Shown here: in pieces, positions 16,893 to 26,396 of the stretch
How the letters are laid out: every line of letters starts with the position of its first letter
Numbering within the stretch: position 1 is the first letter of the stretch
IMG/VR virus record: IMGVR_UViG_3300023202_000205
Span: 115,365 to 179,364 of that record
Origin: a virus
Reading direction: 5' to 3' (one strand)
Length of the DNA: 64,000 nt
Made by a program: the position numbers and the translations under genes
Notes under the pieces: generated by a model
The model's input: the letters and a program-made list of their open reading frames with translations, nothing else
Database searches by the model: none
What the model was told of the DNA's origin: nothing

Positions 16893-18104
16893 TTACTCGT
16901 CTGATTCCTCAGGTAACTTGTCCAACTCCTTTTGGAGCCAGATCAGAACGGCCTCCGCTGCGTCGAGTGTATTCGACGAAGGATCGACGTCAGCCAGCAG
17001 CTCGCGAACGGTGGGCATCGAGATAGCCACCTCGTTGATTCGTTGCATCAACGTCTCGTGGTCTGGCTCATCGCCTTCTTTGGGAATCAGGGAACTGATC
17101 CCACCCATCAAGGTGGTAATCAGCTTACGCTGCCCTGTGGGGAACGAATCAGTCGAAATGACCGTCGCCTCTACATCCCTTCGCACTTCGTCATCGTCGA
17201 GTTTCATGCGCAAAAACTCTGAGCAGCTCACGAGGAGCTGGACGATATCGACGTTTTCGAAGTTCTCACCTGCTTCAGGGTTCTCCTCGAGAAACTCGTC
17301 CATCTTCTGATCAAACCGGGGTAGGCGGATACGGGCCAATTTGATGCCTTCCCGCATCTTATCCTCGAGCTCCTCCCTGGTCTCCTTGTCCTTGCCATTG
17401 TTCGTGAGCTTACCGTGCTCAGACAGATCTGCTTCGAACATGGTCACGACTTCTTCGATCTTCTCCCGCTCTTTGTCCGATAAGGCGATGGAGCTACTCA
17501 CCTGCTCTTCCAGTTCGGCACGCTCCACGTGGAACGGAGGGGCGTAGGGAAGGATGACAGCCATACCGAACTCCCGTAACCACAGGGTCTTGGACCCCTC
17601 CGTCCCGATATAGTGCTCCCCATCATCGAAACCAATGGCTTGGTAGGACTGTCGACCAACCTTGGCAAAGGCACATTTGATGTCCCCGTCGATGTGGAAC
17701 CCCACATTCTCCCAGAGGAACAGATCGTTGGCTCGAGTTACCAGCGCGCAATTAGTGGCGTAAGACGCCAGTGTCTGCCCAACCACGAACCGGAGCAGAT
17801 TCAGCTGTGTATCATCACTCAGGTTGTTGAAGGCCTTCTCCAGCTCGTTCAGAGCAGCCTTCTCCTTCGTGCTCTGCTTGAGATGAGCCAGAGCTGCCTC
17901 GAAGACATTGCAGGCCACGTTAGCAACGTTGTCGTCGACCAGCTCAGCTGGGTTCTTGGTGGCCCGATCCATATTGACCAGCCAGTTCAGTAGCTGGGTC
18001 CGGGAGGCAGCTGCCTCGTCTCGGTACTCGTCGGGCATTTCCTCAAACGCCTGTTCGGCACTAGCTTTGAGCCGCTCTTCGTATTTCTCGTGTTGTGCTG
18101 TCAT
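16893..18104 (-). CDS. acidic hypothetical protein
   Basis: 403-aa ORF. Confidence 0.75.
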   Translation of the reverse strand: MTAQHEKYEERLKASAEQAFEEMPDEYRDEAAASRTQLLNWLVNMDRATKNPAELVDDNVANVACNVFEAALAHLKQSTKEKAALNELEKAFNNLSDDTQLNLLRFVVGQTLASYATNCALVTRANDLFLWENVGFHIDGDIKCAFAKVGRQSYQAIGFDDGEHYIGTEGSKTLWLREFGMAVILPYAPPFHVERAELEEQVSSSIALSDKEREKIEEVVTMFEADLSEHGKLTNNGKDKETREELEDKMREGIKLARIRLPRFDQKMDEFLEENPEAGENFENVDIVQLLVSCSEFLRMKLDDDEVRRDVEATVISTDSFPTGQRKLITTLMGGISSLIPKEGDEPDHETLMQRINEVAISMPTVRELLADVDPSSNTLDAAEAVLIWLQKELDKLPEESDE

Positions 18105-18162
18105 GTGGTCCCTCTGCTGATGCTGAACATTAGCTCAGATAGTGTGTTACGCAAGATGCCCC

Positions 18163-18537
18163 TCACTCAATCACGTGTGGGTGCGGGGCCTGTGGGTTGA
18201 GCCTCCCAGGTTTGATCAGGTCAGAGTGCTGGATACGCAGGGAGAAAAACTCTCGGTCAGCATTGGCGATTACCGCTGGCGACCCCTGGAAGTGCAGTAC
18301 CCGTGGGTTCGTCTGATTGCTGAATGTGATGTCGACGTGGTTGGCCGACATATCCAGGCAGTACCACCGAAACGAGTGGCCCCCAAAAGTACTGACCAAT
18401 AAGTCATGTAACGGGTAGCTCTCCTCTTTGCTCTTGGTGAATGCCTCGGCAACACGGTGGGCGATGTGAACCGTTAGGGATGCCCGTACGATAAGTGCCT
18501 CAAAGCGCCCAGCTGCGGTAACGATGACGTTGGACAT
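18163..18537 (-). CDS. hypothetical protein
   Basis: 124 aa, abuts ruvA stop. Confidence 0.55.
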   Translation of the reverse strand: MSNVIVTAAGRFEALIVRASLTVHIAHRVAEAFTKSKEESYPLHDLLVSTFGGHSFRWYCLDMSANHVDITFSNQTNPRVLHFQGSPAVIANADREFFSLRIQHSDLIKPGRLNPQAPHPHVIE

Positions 18538-19157
18538 CAGGGCCTTTCCTGTGCCGTTTCGGCAGCCCTCTGGAAGAGCAACGAGACCAATTCACCCGGC
18601 TCCTTGTCCGGGTTCTCCTGGATCACCTCATCCAACATTTCCGACGAGACCTGGTAGTCCGGCTTGATCTGTTTGACGATCTGACGGACCCGGTTCTCAA
18701 CACCTGCTGGACTCAGGGTACCGAGACCCTCGATGACTGCGATCTCCTCAATACGGTCCTTGAGTTCGTTGCAGATGTGCCAGGCGGTATCCTTCGAGAC
18801 CCCTTTGACCCCATGTGCCAAGTCATGGTCCTTCTTGTACCGAATCAGTAACAGGGCGTCGTCGCCGTGATACTGGAGAAGCGCCGCTGACTTGGCAGGC
18901 CCAATACGGATACCCTTCAGCCCGGCGATAACCATAGCGAGACGTTTTTGAAGGGAGCTTTGAAAGACGTAAGTCGTACCCACGCCCTCTCGGCTGTAGG
19001 CTGTCCACAGGAAGAGATTTTTATACTCGTAATGCAAATCGAGCGATTCGTTATCGACTAAGTCGTAGCCAGTTCCACAACCCTCAGAAGTCCAGAGCGT
19101 TACCATGTTTCCATATCGGGTGATTGGTGTTCCTTTACCAAGAAAGGATAGGTTCAT
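18537..19157 (-). CDS. ruvA: Holliday junction branch migration protein RuvA-like
   Basis: N-terminal G.GY segment, HhH motifs (IRIGPAKSAALL, VKGVSKDTAWHICNELKDRI); next to ruvB. Confidence 0.75.
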   Translation of the reverse strand: MNLSFLGKGTPITRYGNMVTLWTSEGCGTGYDLVDNESLDLHYEYKNLFLWTAYSREGVGTTYVFQSSLQKRLAMVIAGLKGIRIGPAKSAALLQYHGDDALLLIRYKKDHDLAHGVKGVSKDTAWHICNELKDRIEEIAVIEGLGTLSPAGVENRVRQIVKQIKPDYQVSSEMLDEVIQENPDKEPGELVSLLFQRAAETAQERP

Positions 19158-19198
19158 ACACGTCTCCTTATTTGACGTAAGAATTGAAGATGGCTAAG

Positions 19199-19861
19199 TC
19201 AGGTGAGAACCCTTTTTTTGGAAATAGGATCAGATAATGGTATAAATTCATGAACCCGCCAAGGGTATTTTGTCCCAAACTCTGACTGGAACCACTGCTT
19301 CCAGCGGTCCACTGGATACCCAATATTTTGATTGAGAACACCATGATGGGTTTCCATGACGAAAGACATAGACGAACCTAATATGTCGATACACCGCGCG
19401 TCGTCGATAAGAACCCGCTCCCCACCTTCACAGTCGAGCTTCACTATAGTGCCTGATCCGACACTGGTCCCTGCGTCCGCAAGCAACTCAGGCAATGGAA
19501 GGCTCTCTATAGTCCCTTCCTCATCGTCAACCATGGCAACTGCACCAGACGTACGAATATTTTTGTTAGGGACTGCCCTCACTTGTTTTCCGGTACCGAG
19601 CGCTTTGTTAATGCAGGTAGTCTGAAACCCCCGTGTATTTTGGACTAGGCCGTTAAAGGTAGTCGGGTTCGGTTCGAAACAGAAGATCTCAGCATGAGGA
19701 AATAGACAGCGGGCGTAGATACTGAAAAGCCCATAGTTGGCACCGATATCGATAATGCGATCGACTGGGCGGTCGAAGAATTTTCGCAGTCGATAAAGAT
19801 CGGCCGTGATTATTTCTTGAAATATCAAAGGAAAGTATTTTTCGAAGTTATCGCAGATCAT
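19199..19861 (-). CDS. FkbM-family SAM-dependent methyltransferase
   Basis: IIDIGANYG, FCFEPNP, VKLDCEGGE. Confidence 0.88.
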   Translation of the reverse strand: MICDNFEKYFPLIFQEIITADLYRLRKFFDRPVDRIIDIGANYGLFSIYARCLFPHAEIFCFEPNPTTFNGLVQNTRGFQTTCINKALGTGKQVRAVPNKNIRTSGAVAMVDDEEGTIESLPLPELLADAGTSVGSGTIVKLDCEGGERVLIDDARCIDILGSSMSFVMETHHGVLNQNIGYPVDRWKQWFQSEFGTKYPWRVHEFIPLSDPISKKRVLT

Positions 19862-20829
19862 TTATCGTACAGCTGCTTGAGCTGCCCCCAACGTTCTTTG
19901 CCTGCTTCGGTCAGTTCTCTTCCCGCTGACCCACGATGGACATACCCACTCCGGAGTAGCCAAGGTTCGTAGACTTCCTCCACAGTGACCGGCTGCTCAT
20001 TGAGTGCATGAGCTAGCGCCTTTACACCCACTGGGCGGTCTACCATGCCGAGATAGGACATATACTGGTACTCCTCAGGACTGAGCTCTGCTTTGAATCC
20101 CAGCCTACTGAGGGTCTTACTGGCATGACCCACGGTAATGGCGATTTGCTGCGTATCCGAAGGCTCCTGGGCGACGAAAGTATCGATCGTATTGCTCAGC
20201 AGGTTGACTGCATTCCGCGCCACCCCTTTCGCAGCGTCTGCGAGTATATGGCAGCCTTTCTCGTCGATTGTCACGCCTTTCATAGAAACGTGCCAATAGA
20301 TGATCTGCTCCATCTCCTCCGTCGTGTAGGGTTCCAGTGTGAAGACGTGCTGAAACCGGCTGCGAAGGGGCCCATCCAGTAAGCCACGCCTCGTCGTGGC
20401 GGCAATTATCGTAAACGCGGGCAGCGCTACATCGATGACCGACTCATTTCCTGGATCACCAATTCGAACAGATAGCTTCCGGTCCTCCATAGCTGTTAGC
20501 AGATGCTCTCTAGCAGCCGCAGGTAGTGCATGGACCTCATCCAGGAACAGAACGTCTCCTTCGGGCACTATACTGAGTACGCTGGTCAATGCGGTGGGCT
20601 TATCCACTGCTGCGCAATTAACGAAATGTACTCCCGCCTCCATCTCGGTGGGTATGACTGACATGGCGAGAGTGGTTTTGCCAAGCCCGGCAGGGCCAGC
20701 CAATAACAGATGCGCCAGGGGCTTGCCCTGGCGCTTGGCGGATGTGACCGCGATACTCAGATTTTTGGTAACCCTGGACTGGCCGTGAAAGGCACTTAGT
20801 CGACTAGGGCGGTGGACGCTCATCGGCAT
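19858..20829 (-). CDS. ruvB: Holliday junction branch migration ATPase RuvB
   Basis: HLLLAGPAGLGKTTLA, LFLDEVHAL, FTIIAATTRRGLLDGPLRSRF, EEVYEPWLL..G. Confidence 0.95.
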   Translation of the reverse strand: MPMSVHRPSRLSAFHGQSRVTKNLSIAVTSAKRQGKPLAHLLLAGPAGLGKTTLAMSVIPTEMEAGVHFVNCAAVDKPTALTSVLSIVPEGDVLFLDEVHALPAAAREHLLTAMEDRKLSVRIGDPGNESVIDVALPAFTIIAATTRRGLLDGPLRSRFQHVFTLEPYTTEEMEQIIYWHVSMKGVTIDEKGCHILADAAKGVARNAVNLLSNTIDTFVAQEPSDTQQIAITVGHASKTLSRLGFKAELSPEEYQYMSYLGMVDRPVGVKALAHALNEQPVTVEEVYEPWLLRSGYVHRGSAGRELTEAGKERWGQLKQLYDK

Positions 20830-21358
20830 ACTCCAAGAGTGTCAGGATGGTGACGCTGCGGTCACCAGGATACTGGGTGTAGTCACATTCAAAGTTGTTT
20901 GGTCGATCATCCTCAATGACCCCCTGCTCGATCAAGCAGTCGATAAGGGGTTTGGTTCCACCGACCATGTTGGCGAAGTCCATCTCCCTATTGGGGTGTT
21001 TGTAGATGCGTTCGACACTCCACCTCGACCAAGGCAGGTAGAGTCCTCTGTAAGCGCGGAAACGAAGTCCTACTCTCTCAAGCCAGTCCTTTTTGTCAGA
21101 CCGGTAACGGGACCAATGACTGTAAGTTGAACTGTTCTGACTCCTAACGAGGCGATCGAAACAGACAGTTAGAGGCAGCCCTGGCTTCTCTTTGGGCTTA
21201 GCAAAGCTAGTCGCCTTCTTTTTACGTCCCTTGCTTTTGGCGGAGCAGCAACGCTGGATAGCCCTGGTCAGCGCCTTCAAAGATGACTGACCATGCTGCG
21301 CTCCACATGTAGGGCACGCGGCACTCAGCGTGTGAGTGTTTTCAACAGATGTTCCCAT
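20804..21358 (-). CDS. rusA: RusA-like Holliday junction resolvase
   Basis: DFAN....KPLIDCL...GVIEDD acidic signature. Confidence 0.7.
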   Translation of the reverse strand: MGTSVENTHTLSAACPTCGAQHGQSSLKALTRAIQRCCSAKSKGRKKKATSFAKPKEKPGLPLTVCFDRLVRSQNSSTYSHWSRYRSDKKDWLERVGLRFRAYRGLYLPWSRWSVERIYKHPNREMDFANMVGGTKPLIDCLIEQGVIEDDRPNNFECDYTQYPGDRSVTILTLLEYADERPPP

Positions 21359-21774
21359 AGCGCCGTCAGACTGTAGATGGTGGATACGAAAGCAGGAGGG
21401 TGCTCGACAGTAACTTCTCGGAGAGTCGCTAGATCCAGTACACGGATCCGATCGTCTGGGTCCGGGAGGAACAGGTGGTCACCATTGACGATCGCCACAG
21501 CACCCTCCTTCAAGTCTTCGTCAGGTAGTTTGCGGAGATGGGACATCACCCGCATCACAATTGGCCACCGGAGACCACCTAGTGACATAAGTATCGCTGC
21601 TGTAGCAATTACCATGTCTCTTACTCTGGGCTCTTCCGGGTCCTCCGCAACGTTTTCCAGCGCTGCCCGAAAATCCGCCTCACTCTCAACGAGACGGATA
21701 GCCATGAGCCATTGCAACACTATATCAGCAGATTCTTGTTGCGGCATCTCAGGCATGGTTTTACGGTCAGACAC
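21325..21774 (-). CDS. hypothetical protein
   Basis: 149 aa, operonic. Confidence 0.6.
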   Translation of the reverse strand: MSDRKTMPEMPQQESADIVLQWLMAIRLVESEADFRAALENVAEDPEEPRVRDMVIATAAILMSLGGLRWPIVMRVMSHLRKLPDEDLKEGAVAIVNGDHLFLPDPDDRIRVLDLATLREVTVEHPPAFVSTIYSLTALWEHLLKTLTR

Positions 21775-21782
21775 GGTCTACC

Positions 21783-22076
21783 TCAAACCGGCCGAGTCAG
21801 GCGGAATTCTTGCTCGTAGGCCGTTACGCCGCTATCTCGGTCGCTCGGCTCGTTGAACACGGGGCGAGGACCTCCTCGGATCTCCATCCCATATCCTGGC
21901 GCATTCTTCTTCACCCAGTTGTTCATGAGGTCATTTTTGACCTGAACGGACCTGAGATAGTGAAGGATAGCGTTGGCCGGCTGGTCTTCGGCCACCTCGA
22001 TCCGGACCGTGAGAGTCACGGTATGGCCCTCAGCGTCGCTGGACTCGACTGTGAAGGGGAACTGTGCAGTGGTCAT
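21783..22076 (-). CDS. hypothetical protein
   Basis: 97 aa, GGAG RBS. Confidence 0.6.
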   Translation of the reverse strand: MTTAQFPFTVESSDAEGHTVTLTVRIEVAEDQPANAILHYLRSVQVKNDLMNNWVKKNAPGYGMEIRGGPRPVFNEPSDRDSGVTAYEQEFRLTRPV

Positions 22077-22127
22077 GCTGTCTCCATAGCTGTTGAACAG
22101 CTAGATTGCAAGAGCCAGCACTAAAAG

Positions 22128-22766
22128 TCAATCCTCTTCTATGTCCAGGAACACGAAACCTGGCGGCAGCCGCCACTCCTGTGGCGATAGAGACTCCAAG
22201 ACCGAAAATTCACGGGTCACAACGTTCCCGCGCGGGTCGGTTACAATCAGCCGTTTTCGAAGCATATCAGACGTGATGTGCTTTTTCACCTCTTCCAGGT
22301 CGGATTGGACCTGCCTCTGTCGATCCTCTATGTGTGCAACTATATCCATACCAAACACATAGAGAAACTCAGGGAAAGTAAACAGCCCCCTGGGTGTCCG
22401 AACAAACCGTATATTGGCTGAGGTAAGCACGACATTGTAAGCCCACGAGCTGTTGATTTCGGCCTCATAGATAGGATCGAAATCCTCCATATGCCATTTG
22501 TTGTCCTGGTTGACTATGGCTGCCCACTTTCCCGCCGCCATACAGAACGCTTGATAGGTGTCGCCTCCGATACTCTCAGACGAACGACGAAGGTGCAGTT
22601 TATCTTGGTCGGAAAAATGCTTCGCAAGCTCGCCGATAAAGGTCTCTTCCCCAGGTTGGGAACCCAATAGCGCGTCGATGAACTCCTTCGACAAGTTGGA
22701 AGGTAGTTCGTAGGGGGGTGCTCCGGCAATGGTGATCGCCCCCTCTGCAAGGTCTAGTTGACCCAT
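22128..22766 (-). CDS. hypothetical protein
   Basis: 212 aa, abuts upstream stop. Confidence 0.65.
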   Translation of the reverse strand: MGQLDLAEGAITIAGAPPYELPSNLSKEFIDALLGSQPGEETFIGELAKHFSDQDKLHLRRSSESIGGDTYQAFCMAAGKWAAIVNQDNKWHMEDFDPIYEAEINSSWAYNVVLTSANIRFVRTPRGLFTFPEFLYVFGMDIVAHIEDRQRQVQSDLEEVKKHITSDMLRKRLIVTDPRGNVVTREFSVLESLSPQEWRLPPGFVFLDIEED

Positions 22767-23219
22767 TTACTCTTTTTCCTCCTCTTTTGTTTGTTTTTTA
22801 GGGGACTTAGCACCATATTGTGCTGGCGGGTCCCGCTTCTTATGCGTCTGGCCGTATCGTAGCTCGAACCGAGCTTCCTCCAAATTGGCGATACGGCAGT
22901 GGGAGAGCCTTCCAAGGATGCCTAACGTATCTTCCATCAAAAACGAGAGGCGCGCTATTTCCTCTGCTACTTCTTCGTGGCTCGCATCCTTGCTAAGTTC
23001 CCTCAAGCAGTGGCGCAGCTGAAAGCTGGCCGATCTAAGTACGATATGCCGAATACGTTTCATGGTCGAGAGTATTCGTATCGCCCTCAGAATGCGGGTC
23101 TGTACCCGCTCCAGCTCTCTACGGAGTTCAGAAGGTGGTCGGGCAACATACTCAATCCGGTTCTTCCCATCGTTGTAGATGATATCCACTTTTTTAGGAG
23201 CTCGTCGTTTCGCCATCAA
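22767..23219 (-). CDS. basic hypothetical protein
   Basis: 150 aa, coupled to neighbours. Confidence 0.6.
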   Translation of the reverse strand: MMAKRRAPKKVDIIYNDGKNRIEYVARPPSELRRELERVQTRILRAIRILSTMKRIRHIVLRSASFQLRHCLRELSKDASHEEVAEEIARLSFLMEDTLGILGRLSHCRIANLEEARFELRYGQTHKKRDPPAQYGAKSPKKQTKEEEKE

Positions 23220-23635
23220 AGCCCCCGTGGAATGCTGAGTCGGTCTGCGTGTATACGGCCACCCATCGCAACCTCAACGAGAGAAACCACTTCGAACGGA
23301 GCCAACTGTCCGCGCACGACAGCTAGTACTTCCTCAGAACGGATAAGATTGGCTAGCGCCTGAAGGCCTTCTTCATCGTCGGAATAGTCAAACAAGTGTG
23401 GCTGTGCCCGGTCAGTGACTGCGAAGGCGAACAGCCTGCTATCCGCTGGAGAGGCCAGTTGAAACTTGGGGGCACATCCAAAACTGTGCCCCTTTCTTGT
23501 ACCCTGAAAAGGCAGGTTCATACGTGGTCGAAGACGCTCCACTATACCTCCCGTATCCGCAACCCAAGGTGGAGTGGGTCCAGCCGTAAGCCCGATTCTC
23601 GAGTAACAACGGCCACGCGGCGACTGGTCAAGCAC
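23216..23635 (-). CDS. hypothetical protein (true start possibly 23521)
   Basis: stop overlaps next start by 4 nt. Confidence 0.45.
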   Translation of the reverse strand: MLDQSPRGRCYSRIGLTAGPTPPWVADTGGIVERLRPRMNLPFQGTRKGHSFGCAPKFQLASPADSRLFAFAVTDRAQPHLFDYSDDEEGLQALANLIRSEEVLAVVRGQLAPFEVVSLVEVAMGGRIHADRLSIPRGL

Positions 23636-24165
23636 TCTGGGAGTAGTAGCGTAACCGATACCCCTGTACGCTCTTTGAGGAACGGGTCGGCTATCCGCGT
23701 GTCATGTATGTGAAGCGCCCATTCCAGTTTTCTCAGTGGGTCGTTAAACTGAAAGGTCTGTATGAACTCAGCAAAGCCTACCGCTGTCTCAGGGGGAATA
23801 CCCTGGACTGTGTAAAACCACGGATTTGTCGTGATGTCTGCCCCATCAAATAACGAAATCGGCTTTTCCGATCGATAGGTAGTGACGGGAATCTCTTCAT
23901 CGAGATGCTTGGCGTAAAGCTCGAAAAGAGAACGATCCATGCCAAGCATGCAGTAAGCGAGTGCTGGAAAGAACCAAGCCTGCTCCTTGGAAAGCTGCTT
24001 GGGTGGTGGTTCCAGGTTCTCAACGTGGGCTGGTCGTAGGTCCTCGGCCGTCTCGTGTCCTCGAGGAACTCCGGACTCCCGGCTCAGGATTTCCTGAGCC
24101 TGGCGAGCCTCATCAGGGTTCTCGATGGCCGGAGGGTTCTCTGTCCAGGACAGGTCTTCCGACAT
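23542..24165 (-). CDS. hypothetical protein
   Basis: GGAG RBS before ATG 24165 (track start 24300). Confidence 0.6.
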   Translation of the reverse strand: MSEDLSWTENPPAIENPDEARQAQEILSRESGVPRGHETAEDLRPAHVENLEPPPKQLSKEQAWFFPALAYCMLGMDRSLFELYAKHLDEEIPVTTYRSEKPISLFDGADITTNPWFYTVQGIPPETAVGFAEFIQTFQFNDPLRKLEWALHIHDTRIADPFLKERTGVSVTLLLPECLTSRRVAVVTRESGLRLDPLHLGLRIREV

Positions 24166-24946
24166 ATACCCGCTCCCTATTGTAGCTGGCATTGCACTCC
24201 CAAATGGTGCAACGACATTCGGAACAGTATATGTCTTTGTCAAAAGGACAAGAGTATTGTCCAATAGTGTTCTCGCGAACACTATCAAGATCCACCTCAA
24301 AACGCATACGACGCCGGAGAATAGCCAAGTTCGACCGCTTCATCTTGGGGTCGACCCGCCAATCTTCGAAGTCCAGCTCCAGAGGGTTCCTATCCGAAGT
24401 AGTCAGATAGCCCCAGAAACGAAGCCCCACAAACCTCTCTACATCGTAGTCATACGGCAGCTTCCGGGAGTACCCAATCTGATAGGCCAACCAGGCCATC
24501 CAGGGTTCTGGGAACTTCTTCTTGAGCAGGTGGCCCGCAGGGTGCCCAGTCAGGCAGTAGAACGTGACCTGGACCCCCGCTTGGCCGTTCCTCCAAGGAC
24601 AGTGCTCAACGCTGTAAGCTTCCAAGGCGACCCACTCGTCACGAGTAGGTGTGTCGAACAGGTGGAGCACGCCAATATCTAGCTCGTCCTTCCGCGCTAT
24701 CAACTGGCGTGCTAACAGGTTACACCATTTATTGGTAAGTACCTTGTTCTCGTACTGCATCAGCGTCTGGAAGATACGATCCGGATTAGGGCTGTTCTTC
24801 AGGGCGAAGTGCAGATTATGCGCCAACCTCTTACAGAGGGTGGCGGTCAGCGGCTCATCGATGAACTTGTGGAACATATCCACTGCATCGGCGTGAGCCG
24901 CGTCCAAGTTCTCCAACTTGTTCCTAGGAAGCTTGGGAAGCACCAT
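24113..24946 (-). CDS. hypothetical protein, C-terminal Cys cluster
   Basis: 277 aa; CPFDKDIYCSECRCTIWEC. Confidence 0.7.
   Translation of the reverse strand: MVLPKLPRNKLENLDAAHADAVDMFHKFIDEPLTATLCKRLAHNLHFALKNSPNPDRIFQTLMQYENKVLTNKWCNLLARQLIARKDELDIGVLHLFDTPTRDEWVALEAYSVEHCPWRNGQAGVQVTFYCLTGHPAGHLLKKKFPEPWMAWLAYQIGYSRKLPYDYDVERFVGLRFWGYLTTSDRNPLELDFEDWRVDPKMKRSNLAILRRRMRFEVDLDSVRENTIGQYSCPFDKDIYCSECRCTIWECNASYNRERVYVGRPVLDREPSGHREP
24267..24282. promoter_or_regulatory. palindromic operator GTGTTC-TCGC-GAACAC (intragenic)
   Basis: 9-bp arms atagtgttc/gaacactat, about 100 nt upstream of start 24165. Confidence 0.5.
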
Positions 24947-24947
24947 G

Positions 24948-25874
24948 TCAGGGTGTTTCGTCAGGGACTTCGGTAGCGTTGAGCTCCTCCTCGATACCCC
25001 TGAGCAGTTCGTTCATCGGCTCCATCAGGGCTTGGGCATTCGCCTTCAGGCTACGGAGGTGATCGTAATAGCGGCCTTGAGCGGCGTCGCTGTCGAACCC
25101 GAGCTGGGCCGATTCTCGTAAAACGATGAACGCGTTGGGGATACCGGAACTGGCCTTGGTAACAGCCTTCTCCACATCCCTGATTGCCTTCAACGGGTTG
25201 GTCACGGTCCGCTCGGTGATCGTCGGACGACCCGTAGCAGTTGCACGATCGGGTCGTTCAGCAGCTCCTTCGTCTACCGGGGCCTCTTCGGCAGTCTCGC
25301 CTTCCTCGACAGAGCCTTCGGTGAGATCTTCGATCTCCACCTCCTCGACTCCCTCTGCTTCTTCGCCTCCTTCACGGGTGGTACGGGACTCTTCGGCAGC
25401 GGCCGTAGCTGCGCTGGCGATCCTGCGCTGATTGATGGTCTTCACCAACTCGTCCAGCTCCCTACTGGAGATCACATGACCATCTTGGATCATTTGGCTC
25501 TCAGCTTCCTGACGAACCTCCTCCGAGAACTGTAGTAGCTTCTTGGCATGGGTTACGGAGAACCCGCGCTTGGAGAGCTCCTCCAGCTTGGCTATGTCAG
25601 GGTAAGTCTCGAAGAGCGCCTTGGCCCAGTAGAGCCAGCGACGTACATCCATGATCTCCGTCAGGACACCTTCTTCTTGAAGGTCTTCAGCCAGCTTATC
25701 AGCGCTGGCATCCCCGTACTTGTTACGTTCGAGACCCTGCATGAACTCCGCAAAGAGACTGCCGATGGTATGATACCGTTTCAGGTTCGCTCCCTCGACT
25801 GCCCGACATCCGTCGGCAATCTTGGATACCAAAGCCTGGTAACGTCGTTCCGGCATGCTAAGTGTTCCGGCCAT
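24948..25874 (-). CDS. DUF1016/YhcG N-terminal-like DNA-binding protein with acidic tail
   Basis: YHTIGSLF.......RNKYG...ADKLAEDL...; SVTHAKKLL. Confidence 0.5.
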   Translation of the reverse strand: MAGTLSMPERRYQALVSKIADGCRAVEGANLKRYHTIGSLFAEFMQGLERNKYGDASADKLAEDLQEEGVLTEIMDVRRWLYWAKALFETYPDIAKLEELSKRGFSVTHAKKLLQFSEEVRQEAESQMIQDGHVISSRELDELVKTINQRRIASAATAAAEESRTTREGGEEAEGVEEVEIEDLTEGSVEEGETAEEAPVDEGAAERPDRATATGRPTITERTVTNPLKAIRDVEKAVTKASSGIPNAFIVLRESAQLGFDSDAAQGRYYDHLRSLKANAQALMEPMNELLRGIEEELNATEVPDETP

Positions 25875-26396
25875 TTACTGTTGCTCCTGAAAGAGGTTGC
25901 CGTACCGCTCTGAGAAGAACCCAGACATCGGTACAATAGAGAATGCCACGTGCCGAGCGGCTACGTGAAGATGTGTGATAGACGCTGTAATGTCAGCATG
26001 CATCGGGTAACCCAGAGCAGCCAACCTACCTATCTCATAACATTTAAAGACCAGGCAGAATGTTTTCTCACTGTCGCTTATTCGGTCTTTCTCTTCATCA
26101 AGCTTTTCAATGAAAAGTTGGGTAACAGGGCTCTTATTTGGTTTGGTGTAAATTTCACGAAAGTTGAACGAAAAACACCTACCTGTTACAATGTGGATCG
26201 GAATCAAATCCTGTTCGTTAAACCAATCGAAACCGAACGCAGGGCCGTATTCATAGGAAAGACTTCTTACCTTCTTAGGCGGGTACCCCAGTTGCTGGAG
26301 TATGAGCTTTAACGTCGACTGTTCGAAAGCCTCCTCTCGCTCCTCACTGGTGCGTTCAAAGGCTTTCAAAAAGTCGTCAGGCTCAGACTCAGACAT
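25875..26396 (-). CDS. hypothetical protein
   Basis: 173 aa, coupled to recA-like gene. Confidence 0.65.
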   Translation of the reverse strand: MSESEPDDFLKAFERTSEEREEAFEQSTLKLILQQLGYPPKKVRSLSYEYGPAFGFDWFNEQDLIPIHIVTGRCFSFNFREIYTKPNKSPVTQLFIEKLDEEKDRISDSEKTFCLVFKCYEIGRLAALGYPMHADITASITHLHVAARHVAFSIVPMSGFFSERYGNLFQEQQ

